A DNA stretch of 60,872 nucleotides, taken from Kiritimatiellia bacterium (GTDB lineage: Bacteria > Verrucomicrobiota > Kiritimatiellia > RFP12 > UBA1067). Positions 16,779 to 25,800 of the stretch are shown piece after piece. The notes beneath the pieces are model-generated. The model searched no databases and was not told the origin of the DNA. It saw only the letters and a list, made by a program, of their open reading frames with translations. The stretch lies in NCBI GenBank assembly GCA_045641645.1, contig JAZUHK010000030.1:1-60872 (forward strand), written 5' to 3'. The stretch's first letter is position 1, and each line of letters opens with the position of its first letter. Made by a program: the position numbers and the translations under genes.

Positions 16779-17915
16779 ATGCAAAGCAGACGAATTTTGC
16801 CGTTATTGGTCGGGCTGGTGCTGGGCGTTGAGTCTGTTATGGCCGCCGAATGGCCTGGTTTCACCCACGGAGTGGGGATTGGCGGGTGGCTCACCAACTA
16901 CAAGCGCTTCAACGTGCTGCCGCTCGACAAGCGGCGTTTGCTCACCGCAGGCGACTATGAGCATTTCGAAAGCTACATTACCGAGGCGGATGTGAAGCGC
17001 ATCGCTGCTTGGGGGTTCGACCACGTGCGGCTCGGCTTCGACCAGATCGTGGTCGAGGAGCGGGCGGGAGTCCTGCGCGAGCGGACGATGAAGAAGATCG
17101 ACGAGTTCCTTTCCTGGTGCGAAAAGCATCAGCTCAAGGTGGTGCTCAATCTCCATAAGGCCGTCGGCAACTACTGCGATATCGCCGAGGAGGTGCAGCT
17201 TCTGGACGACGATCGGCTTCAGGCGCGGTTCGTCGCGTTTTGGGAGGCGTTCGAGCGGCGCTACCATGACCGCCCCGGCGTTGCCTTCGAACTCTTGAAT
17301 GAAGTGCGGGAGGTGCCGGCGGAGAAGTGGAATGCGCTCGCCGACCGCACCATCCGCGCGATTCGTGCGCTCAATCCGCAGCGCGTGATCGTGGTGGGGC
17401 CGATCGGTTACGGCGGGTCGGAGCATTTAAAGGTGCTGAAGGTCTGGGATGATCCCAAGGTGGTCTATACCTTTCATATGTACGCGCCTTTCGAGTTTAC
17501 CCATCAGCGTGGCGTGTTGCAGGCGGGGCCGCTCGCCTATAATCGCGAACTTACCTATCCGTGTGATGACGTCGATCGCTACCGCGGCTATCATGAGCTT
17601 TGGGGCAACACTAATAGCTACGGCGGCGTGACGCGCATTGACCGCGGCATTCTGGAAGGGTGGCTTGGCGGCGCGGTCGAGTTCGCGAAGAAGCATCCCG
17701 AGAAGATCCTCTGGAACGGCGAGTTCGGGGTGATTCGCCACGCGCCGCGTGCTTCGCGCGTCGCGTATCTTCGCGATGTGATGGCGATTTGCCGGGAGAA
17801 TGGCATTTCGTATTGTCTTTGGAATTATCTTTCCACGCCGAATGACGGCAACCGTTTTTCGCTCGTCGATGACGAGACGCGCGAGTGGCTTTTGCCGGAG
17901 TTGCTGGGGAAGTAG
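16779..17915 (+). CDS. glycoside hydrolase family 5 (cellulase/mannanase-like)
   Basis: Signal peptide. FDHVRLGF, the FELLNEV acid/base motif and the NGEFGV nucleophile motif. Confidence 0.8.
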   Translation: MQSRRILPLLVGLVLGVESVMAAEWPGFTHGVGIGGWLTNYKRFNVLPLDKRRLLTAGDYEHFESYITEADVKRIAAWGFDHVRLGFDQIVVEERAGVLRERTMKKIDEFLSWCEKHQLKVVLNLHKAVGNYCDIAEEVQLLDDDRLQARFVAFWEAFERRYHDRPGVAFELLNEVREVPAEKWNALADRTIRAIRALNPQRVIVVGPIGYGGSEHLKVLKVWDDPKVVYTFHMYAPFEFTHQRGVLQAGPLAYNRELTYPCDDVDRYRGYHELWGNTNSYGGVTRIDRGILEGWLGGAVEFAKKHPEKILWNGEFGVIRHAPRASRVAYLRDVMAICRENGISYCLWNYLSTPNDGNRFSLVDDETREWLLPELLGK

Positions 17916-17975
17916 GGAGGGGAGAATTGTTCGATTGATCGATTGGTCGATTGGTGGGTGGGGGTGGTTAGTCAA
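17913..17975 (+). repeat. polypurine composite repeat, truncated copy (GTAGG..GAATTGTTCGATTGATCGATTGGTCGATT)
   Basis: Shares GGAGGGGAGAATTGTTCGATTGATCGATTG with 44371-44401. The GH5 stop codon TAG is its first triplet. Confidence 0.75.
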
Positions 17976-18066
17976 AAAGTGACATTTCTTTTGGTCGGAT
18001 ATTATTGCCGGAGATTGGGAAATGGTTTACAATGCACCCGTAAATTTTGCATTATGGAGTAAGACC

Positions 18067-21000
18067 ATGAAAAAGTTGCTGATGGGTGTCGTGATGGGGA
18101 TGTTCTCGCCAGTGGCGGTGGCGCTGACGGCCGAGACCGCGCTCGACGGCGTAACTCTGCCAGGTGAGTATGTGCTCTTGGATCATGCGAAGACGACGGC
18201 AGCAGGACCGTATATCAACACGCAGATCATTCCCGACGGCACGACATCGTGGGAACTGGTAATGCGCTATGATGGGGCTACGACCACCTCGCAACACCTG
18301 ATGGGTTCACGCATCGCATTTCAGAATAATGCCGTTAGCTTGTCATCGCAGGCGAGCAATGAAGGTGCAGGGAAGACAGGGTTCGCCTGGCATTACGGCA
18401 ATGAAACCTATTATTCAGGGGAATATCCCTCTCACTCGGGGAAGCAGGATTTCATCGTGGTCGGCTTTACCCCGGAGCATAAATGCGAAGTTGACCGGAC
18501 GCAAAAATATACTTTTGACAGTGCAACAGTCACCACTACGAGGACAATTTTCCTTTTTACCTGCAATAACAACGGCAATCCTCATAATCAGAGTGCAGCG
18601 ATGGCGGTGCGTAGATTCCGCATCTGGAAAAACGAGGGGAATGGTGAGGTTTTGAAAGTTGACTATGTGCCTGCCCGGCGGGTGAGCGATGGTGAGGTGG
18701 GCTTCTACAACTTGGCGACGGGTGGGTTCAGTTTGCCAGCGAAGGGCAAGCTTACCGCTGGATCTGAGGTGGTTCCAGTTGATCCGCCTGCGGGGGACAC
18801 GGAACTTGTCTTCGCTACCGCACATAGCGACCGCGGCACGGTGGCGGCGACGGTAGGCGGAGAGAGTGCGAGTAGCGGCGAAGAAGTGGCTGTTGGCACG
18901 GAAGTTGCGCTCTCCGCCACGCCCGTCGCGGGTTATGAGTTCGCCTATTGGAACGGAGCACTGCCCGACGGGATCGACAAGACCGCGAATCCGCTTAGCT
19001 TCGCGATGCCCGATAAGCCGGTGGCAATTACCGCCTATTTCTCCACCACCAACTGCGTGAAGCCCGCGGGCTGGACGATGCCGACGAACGGGGTTTTAGT
19101 GCTCACCTTCGACGATACCGCGACCGACACGTGGAAGGCGCAGCTTGACCGCTTCGCGCAGTATAATGCGCACGCGAGCTTTGCGGTGTATGGGTCGGTC
19201 GCTACCTATTGGAGCAATCTTTCGGCACTTAAGCAGGCGGGGCATACGGTTGGCCTCCATACGCAAGGCCATGTGAATACTGACAATTACGCCAATCAGG
19301 CGGAAGCGTATTTTAACGAACAGGTGAAGCCCCAGCTTGATGAATACACGGCGAAGGGGCATACGGCTACCTATATGGCCTATCCCAACAACAAGCACCG
19401 CGACGAGATTGACGACTACATCCTCGCCAATTCGACACTTCGCCATCTGCGGGCGGCGAAGTTGGATACCGTAAGCGGCATTTACGGGAAGTTCGCCGCC
19501 GCGGGGCAGAACCTGGCCGCCAACAACGAGGCCTTCACGCCGGTCTCCGAGCTCGCGACGACGCGCATCCTCGACGGCATCGGTTGCGCCGCGTACTACG
19601 GCGTTGATATGGAGGTGCTCAAGGCCGGAATCCGCCGCGCCGCCGCTTCGAACGAGTTGATGGTCGTCTTCTCGCACGCGATTAAGACGTCGCCAGAGAA
19701 TATCGATATGACGCCGGAGCAATTGGAGACGATTCTCCAAACCGCCTCCGAGGCGGGAATGCGCATCGTGGGGACGGAAGAGTTGCCCTATGCTCTATAT
19801 GGAACGCCGGGCGAGGAGGATCCGGAGGAACCCGACGAGCCCGATGAGCCGCCGGTGGGGCCTACCGAGCCCGAGGATGATCGGGGGCTCGTGCGCGAGG
19901 GCTATATGATCTTCGAAGATGCGTACGAGCGCCTCGATTATCTCGAAATTTCCACCGCCACCCCGGGGTTCGAAACCGATTATCTCTGTAAGACCGATAC
20001 CCGTTTCCGTACCAAGGTGGCGATTACGTCGCATCCGGCGACCAATCAGAGATCGCGCATGGGTATTTGCGGCGGCGGCAGCCAATTGGCGTGTATGGTG
20101 GGTGCGGGGTATGACAACGGCCAGTGGAAGCTCTTTACCGCTTACGGAAATGCCGTCAGCTACGATTATGGTATTCAGGATGACGGTGAGCCGCATGAAT
20201 ACGATCTGGCGCCTGGTAGTCAGACGATTGACGGAACGCAAACGTCAGGTGGTACGCGCACAATTGACACCGATTTCCCGTCCACATATACTTGGGGTTC
20301 TACCACCATGTCGCCGACGATTTGGCTGTTTAAGGTGCACAACAATTTCGGGAGCTCCAATGACATCATCGGCAAATTCTACTACGCCGAGATCAGCGAG
20401 AGCGGGGAGACGATACACCGCTATTATCCGGTAAAGCGGATGGCGGATGGAGTGATCGGGCTTTATGACGAAGTTACCAAGGTCTTTACGGAAGTCGCTT
20501 CGGCGGTGGCCAAAGAATACGAGGTGGAGCTGACGACATCGCGCGTCATTACCAACGTGAAGCGTAATTGCGGGGGCGGGACGACGAAGACCATGGATTT
20601 TACCTTCGCCCCTGCCGCGACGAATAGCTGTTCAATCCTCTATGTTGCCTATGGCGCAAAAAAGGGCGGCGACACGATCGCTTCGTGGGAACATTCCGCT
20701 CGCGTTGGTGCCGTGGCCGGTTTGGTCAATGCGCTTTCCGTCCCGTGGCCGAGTGGAGCGAAGCATGCGCGGTGGTTCTGGCAGATTGACGGCGGGGGTC
20801 GGCTCGAACCGAGTGACCTGTACACCTCGGAGGTAGAGTATGTCGCTTCGGCGGGCGGCACTACCGGTGGCTATGTGAATACGGGTATCTACCCAGATGG
20901 TAAAACGAGTTATGAGGTGGTAGCAAAATGGCTCACAACAAGTGCCGCCGCCTTTCTTCTGGGCAGCCGAGAAAATGCAAGCTCTTATAAGTACTCTTTC

Positions 21001-21522
21001 CACGCATCCACCTATGTGGATGGCGGGCATTATTATTGGGCTGGCGGCTATGGTAATCAAAATGCAGGTCGGTCTAAAGAGGCGGGCTTATCTCCAGTTG
21101 AGGCGGATTCGACAAAGTTTCAGACCTGGTCTTTTGATGCGGCAACTAAGGTGCTTAAACTGGATGAGGATACCATCTATGACTTTACTGCTTACACGTG
21201 GGGAGAGAGTGGCGAGCAGTCGAGTTATCCGATTTATCTCCTGACGGCGAATAATGGGGGTTCACCAAGTAACAATCGAGCCAAGGCGCAGATTAAGTCG
21301 TTCAAGCTCTGGCAAGAAGTGGAAGGGGAGAAGACGCTGGTGGGCGACTATGTGCCGGTGCGGGTCGGGGCGACCGCGGCGTTTTACGATTGCGTTTCGG
21401 GTGAGCTTAAATATTCCGCCGGCGGAACGCTCACCTGCGGCGATGATGTTGCTCTTCCTGAGGAAGCCCCCGCCACGGACGCTTTTTTTCATATCCCCGG
21501 CCTCATTCTCGTCTTCCGGTAA
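18067..21522 (+). CDS. secreted multidomain protein with a CE4 polysaccharide deacetylase domain (1,151 aa)
   Basis: Signal peptide MKKLLMGVVMGMFSPVAVALTA. Three copies of a roughly 190-aa module at nt 18163-18762, 19897-20493 and 20821-21441. InlB-B-repeat-like segment (GTEVALSATPVAGYEFAYWNG) at about 18811-19041. NodB motifs TFDD and HTQGH at about 19090-19791. Confidence 0.8.
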   Translation: MKKLLMGVVMGMFSPVAVALTAETALDGVTLPGEYVLLDHAKTTAAGPYINTQIIPDGTTSWELVMRYDGATTTSQHLMGSRIAFQNNAVSLSSQASNEGAGKTGFAWHYGNETYYSGEYPSHSGKQDFIVVGFTPEHKCEVDRTQKYTFDSATVTTTRTIFLFTCNNNGNPHNQSAAMAVRRFRIWKNEGNGEVLKVDYVPARRVSDGEVGFYNLATGGFSLPAKGKLTAGSEVVPVDPPAGDTELVFATAHSDRGTVAATVGGESASSGEEVAVGTEVALSATPVAGYEFAYWNGALPDGIDKTANPLSFAMPDKPVAITAYFSTTNCVKPAGWTMPTNGVLVLTFDDTATDTWKAQLDRFAQYNAHASFAVYGSVATYWSNLSALKQAGHTVGLHTQGHVNTDNYANQAEAYFNEQVKPQLDEYTAKGHTATYMAYPNNKHRDEIDDYILANSTLRHLRAAKLDTVSGIYGKFAAAGQNLAANNEAFTPVSELATTRILDGIGCAAYYGVDMEVLKAGIRRAAASNELMVVFSHAIKTSPENIDMTPEQLETILQTASEAGMRIVGTEELPYALYGTPGEEDPEEPDEPDEPPVGPTEPEDDRGLVREGYMIFEDAYERLDYLEISTATPGFETDYLCKTDTRFRTKVAITSHPATNQRSRMGICGGGSQLACMVGAGYDNGQWKLFTAYGNAVSYDYGIQDDGEPHEYDLAPGSQTIDGTQTSGGTRTIDTDFPSTYTWGSTTMSPTIWLFKVHNNFGSSNDIIGKFYYAEISESGETIHRYYPVKRMADGVIGLYDEVTKVFTEVASAVAKEYEVELTTSRVITNVKRNCGGGTTKTMDFTFAPAATNSCSILYVAYGAKKGGDTIASWEHSARVGAVAGLVNALSVPWPSGAKHARWFWQIDGGGRLEPSDLYTSEVEYVASAGGTTGGYVNTGIYPDGKTSYEVVAKWLTTSAAAFLLGSRENASSYKYSFHASTYVDGGHYYWAGGYGNQNAGRSKEAGLSPVEADSTKFQTWSFDAATKVLKLDEDTIYDFTAYTWGESGEQSSYPIYLLTANNGGSPSNNRAKAQIKSFKLWQEVEGEKTLVGDYVPVRVGATAAFYDCVSGELKYSAGGTLTCGDDVALPEEAPATDAFFHIPGLILVFR

Positions 21523-21541
21523 GGGAATTTCAGTGCAATCG

Positions 21542-22759
21542 TTAGCGGGGAGGCATGCGATGTGGTGGCGCGGCGCGGTAGGGTGCCGCGGTGCTGAGAA
21601 CAAACCCAATAACTTCGGACTCTCGGTAGGCGGACGGAGAGCGGCCGAAGGCGCGGGTGAAGTTGCGGTGGAAGTTCGCCGCCGAGGGAAAGCCCGCTTT
21701 GCTCGCCACTTCGCCGATGGGGAGACGGGTCGTGGCCAGAAGGTTCTGTGCCCGCTGGAGCCGATAGTCGATGATGGCCTCTTTAGGTCCGATTGCCAAC
21801 AGCTTCTTGAATGAGAGGTTGAGCATCTGCTCGGAGACGTTGAGCGCCTGGGTTAGGGTCGAAACCGTGAGGCGGCCGCCATACTGATCGATGAGTTTCT
21901 GCGCCGCATTGACGAGGCGGCTATGAGAATTTGTCGGGCGCGTGGAATCGCGCTCGTGGACGAAGGGCGCGCGCGGCAACGGGAGGGAATCGGCGGCGGC
22001 TTCGCCGTCGCGAATAAGCCGGCAGGCGTAGCGGCCGAAGGTGAAGAAGTCGGTTGCCACCGAACTGATGGAGGGAAGCGATGCCTCGCAAATGTTCTCG
22101 TCATCATCGACACCGAGGATGGCGACGGTGTCGGGGATCATGAATTCATGGGTCTGACAGAAGGTGACGAGGTCGTGCGCCACCGAGTCGTTGTAGGTGA
22201 AGATGCCGCAGGGCTTGGGGATGGCGCTGAGAAAATCGAAGAACTTTTTCGTCGTGCGATTGGTTTTTGACCAGCAGAAGTCGCCGCAATATCGGGCATT
22301 GCCCCTGATAATCGCCTCGCGGAAGGCGAGACGTCGGGGCTCGGAGTATTGCGGTTCCCGCTTAAAGCCGATGTAGCCGAGATGCCGGATGCCGCGCGCG
22401 AGGAAGAATTCGGCGGCGGCAACCCCGATGGCGCGGTTGTCAACATAATACCGGAAGTCGCGCATGCCGGTGCCGACGTCGAGGATATGGATTTGCGCTT
22501 GCAACCGCGTTTGTCGGATCAGCCGCCTGAGCGACGGGGCACAGTCGGGATGAGCGGCGAGAAGGTCAATCTTCAGGTCGCGGACGAGCGTTTTCAGCTC
22601 GTGTTGCCAGCTCGCCTGAGAAATATCGACGAGGAACGCCGCGAGGCGGTCGTTGATTGCCGCTTCGCGGAAGAAGCCGACGATGCGCTGGCGATGCGAT
22701 TCGATATTGGCCGGCCAGAGGAGGACGGCGGTTTTGCGCTTTGGGGAGCGGGTCTTCAT
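21542..22759 (-). CDS. XylR-type regulator (LacI-like sensor plus AraC HTH)
   Basis: ILGVDDDENICE sensor region and C-terminal AraC HTH (IGEVASKAGFPSAANFHRNFTRAFGRSP). Confidence 0.8.
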   Translation of the reverse strand: MKTRSPKRKTAVLLWPANIESHRQRIVGFFREAAINDRLAAFLVDISQASWQHELKTLVRDLKIDLLAAHPDCAPSLRRLIRQTRLQAQIHILDVGTGMRDFRYYVDNRAIGVAAAEFFLARGIRHLGYIGFKREPQYSEPRRLAFREAIIRGNARYCGDFCWSKTNRTTKKFFDFLSAIPKPCGIFTYNDSVAHDLVTFCQTHEFMIPDTVAILGVDDDENICEASLPSISSVATDFFTFGRYACRLIRDGEAAADSLPLPRAPFVHERDSTRPTNSHSRLVNAAQKLIDQYGGRLTVSTLTQALNVSEQMLNLSFKKLLAIGPKEAIIDYRLQRAQNLLATTRLPIGEVASKAGFPSAANFHRNFTRAFGRSPSAYRESEVIGFVLSTAAPYRAAPPHRMPPR

Positions 22760-22766
22760 GGTGGGG

Positions 22767-22775
22767 ATTGTAGCA
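22767..22775 (-). promoter_or_regulatory. extended -10 box TGCTACAAT for the regulator
   Basis: Ends 7 nt before ATG 22759. Confidence 0.45.
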
Positions 22776-22859
22776 TGTGAGGGTAAATGGCGTCAAGAGT
22801 TATTTGTGATTTTGAGATATCATATTTTCGTTTTTGGTATTTTATTTTCATGAATGGTC

Positions 22860-22868
22860 TGATACAAT
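22860..22868 (+). promoter_or_regulatory. extended -10 box TGATACAAT for the glycine-rich giant gene
   Basis: Lies 30 nt upstream of ATG 22899, in an AT-rich divergent intergenic region. Confidence 0.4.
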
Positions 22869-22898
22869 AGAAGCACAATTGTGAAAGGATTGGTTAAA

Positions 22899-25800
22899 AT
22901 GAAAAGAAATTCACTGGTTCTTTGCGGCGTGATGACCTTGGCTTTTGCCGGTAGTCGAGTTCTTGCCTATGAAGACGATTACCTGACGACGACCGATAGT
23001 GGCGTGACGGTGATTGATACCGAGGAGGGGAATCGCGTCTATGTGTTTACGACTGCAGGAACGGAATTGACGGCAACCCTTAAAAGGGATATGAAGCTCG
23101 ACCAGGTTCTGCTGGTTGGCGGTGGCGGTGGTGGCGGCGGATTTAAGGGCGGTGGCGGTGGTGCCGGTCAGGTGATTCATTTGCAGAATCTTAACCTGCT
23201 TCATTCTGTCGGCGTGAGCTATCGCTTTACAGTTGGCTCCGGAGGAACGGCAGGGACGAGCGCGTTTAATGTTTCTGCGGGCGATGGTGGCGATGGTTTG
23301 GCTACGAGTTTCGCCATAACGGGTGCCGATATCGGCGGGAGCGCGAGTTATAGCGCAGCTGGCGGCGGTGGCGGCGGACGCTGGGGAGTCGCGGGGCATA
23401 ATGGCGCATGCGGTGGTGGCGCGGGTGGAACGTCTGATGCTAAGCCGAGTGGTGGCGTGGGTTCGGTCGGCGGCGATGGCGGCAACAATGTCGGTGTCGC
23501 TCGTAATGCCGGTAGCGGTCCGGGCGGCGGCGGCATGGGACGCGATCTTCAGGGCGCAGACGGTGAATCAACCGATACCGGGTTGGGTGGCGCAGGGTAC
23601 CTCTGTTCGATCACCGGGGTGGAGAAGGAGTATGGCCGCGGCGGCGATGGCGGCGGCTTGGCTTCGGCGGCGGCGGGGGCGCTCGGGTCTGGCAATGGTG
23701 GCGGCGGCGGTGCGATGAGCGCGGCTGCCTATTCGGGTGGTTCGGGCACGGTCATTCTGGCTTTTTCACTCAATGCGAAGCCGAAAATCAAGGCCACGCT
23801 TGATGCTGTGGAGCTTCGTCCGAATGGGGAGGCGACAATTCGTTATTCGCTCACTGATGTCGGCTCGGGATCCTGTTCGGTAGCGGTGGCTGTTGCTGTT
23901 GACGAAGGGGACTTCGGGGACACGAATGTCATTGGCAACGTCACGGAACCGGGGACCTTCACGAGCGCGCCGATGGCAATAAGCGGGTTTGCAACTAAGA
24001 CAACCTATCGTTTTAAGCTGATCGTCACCAACGAGAGCGACGATCCATTGGTGACCGAGCCGGTTTCCGCCATTTCGATTCCCGAGCCGGCGGCGACTTT
24101 TGCTGTTCGTGAGGTTGCGGCCGCCATGGACAGTGAGACCTTTTCGGCCCAGGGCGCGATTGCCGTTACGGGGTGTGGAGATTTTTGCGATGCGGTTGAC
24201 GTTTATCTTGTGCTGGCGAAGGAGGGGAACGAAAGGCCGGCGTGGGACGCACCGGTAATGACGGTGGGCTTGGGTGAGGCGGAATACGCTTTCACTGGGC
24301 TTGAGGAGCTTACAACCTATCGCTATTGGTTTAAGGTCGTCAATGCCAATGCGTATGCGACGGAGGTTGCGACGGGAACGTTCAAGACGCCGAAGTATGT
24401 GGAACCTGCGGTGTTGCCCGAGCCGGTCGCGGGTATGACGGTCGAGGAGGCGATGGCCGCCTTGCGGCCGCAGTCCCACCGCGGACCCAAGGTGCTCATC
24501 ATTGGCGACAGTTATTCCACCTTTTATGGATGTATCCCAGAGGATTACGCCGCCTATTACGCGATGACCGCCGGGCAGGTTAAGAACGGCGTCGAGAATC
24601 CGTCCTATACCTGGTGGTACAAGTTCATCAAGGCGGTTGACGGCTATTTGGTGCGCAATGATTCCTATAGTGGATCAACCATCGCCTGGTGGGGGATTTA
24701 TGCCCAAGCCCATAATTTCACCGGCTGGACCTATTGGCAGGCAGACCGTGACGAGTCGTTCTGTGAGCGGGTTAAGAATCTGGGCGAAACCGAAGCGGAT
24801 CGGCCCGATCTTATCTTGGTTTTCGGCGGCACCAACGATAACTGGATGCGGCAGCGCGTGAAAGAAGGCGATGCGTCGCAGATGGGGCCCTACACTTTCG
24901 ATCCGCGTGCTCGCGACGGCCTCGTAAATGAAAACGACTGCGTTCACCTCGCGCCGGCGATTCATCAGCTGATGTGGGTGCTTCGTAACAAGTATCCTTT
25001 GGCCAAGACGATGTTCATCATCAATTCGAGATCCACGGTAAATTATGGTGGAGGGGCTCCGACGGGGAAGGAACAAGACGGTATGACCGATGAATATATC
25101 GAGGCCATTGACGTAGCCGCGCGTGGTCTCGGGTGCGCGACGGTCAAGCTCAAAGACATCGGTAAGGAAAACCAACATCCCAATGTCGAAGGCATGGTGG
25201 CGATTGCCCAGCAGGTGGCGGATAACTATAATGCGTGGAAGAGCATGGATTGGGAGGTGATCTCGCCGTCGGCAGGGATAGGGGCCGATGAAGATGGCAG
25301 CCGTTCGGAGACGGGCGACGAGATCGCTGGTACGGCGAATGAGGACTTCGGTTTCTGGCGGCTCGTCAATCACCGCGATGCCGGTGGCGTTACGCGGCAC
25401 TACCGGGTGATCGCTGTCACCAACGACACGCAGGAACAGCAGGTGGATGTGCCGGCAGATACCGCGGTTGAATATCTTTTGGTAGGCGGTGGTGGCGGCG
25501 CCGGTACGGTGTTTAACGCGAAGTATGGCGGTTGCGGTGGTGCTGGCGCGTTGAACGAGGGCTTCCGGCGGTGGGAAGCGGCGACGACACTGACGGTGCG
25601 ACTGGGTGTGGGCGGGAGTCATGATGCGAGTAACAATGGTCTTCCCGGCTTGCCTACGGTGGTGTATGCGCCGGCGATCACGTGTTTACCATTTGAGGGT
25701 GATGGCGGTAGCCAAGTGACGGAGCGCGAATGTCGGCTCTTGATGGCGGCTGGCGGTGGTGGTGGCGCTAATTGCAATAGTTCGACTATGGGCGTGGTGA

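Noticed and set aside
21487-21522. Short hydrophobic C-termini ending in a basic residue (..IPGLILVFR at 21522 and ..HQGVIVVIK at 28064) as a possible new C-terminal sorting tag
   Set aside because: Only 6-7 hydrophobic residues, no preceding signature motif, and not shared by the other two large secreted proteins (which end ..ITIREKPERNNVDE and ..FYFSNPAPAPAD). More likely these are terminal beta-strands.
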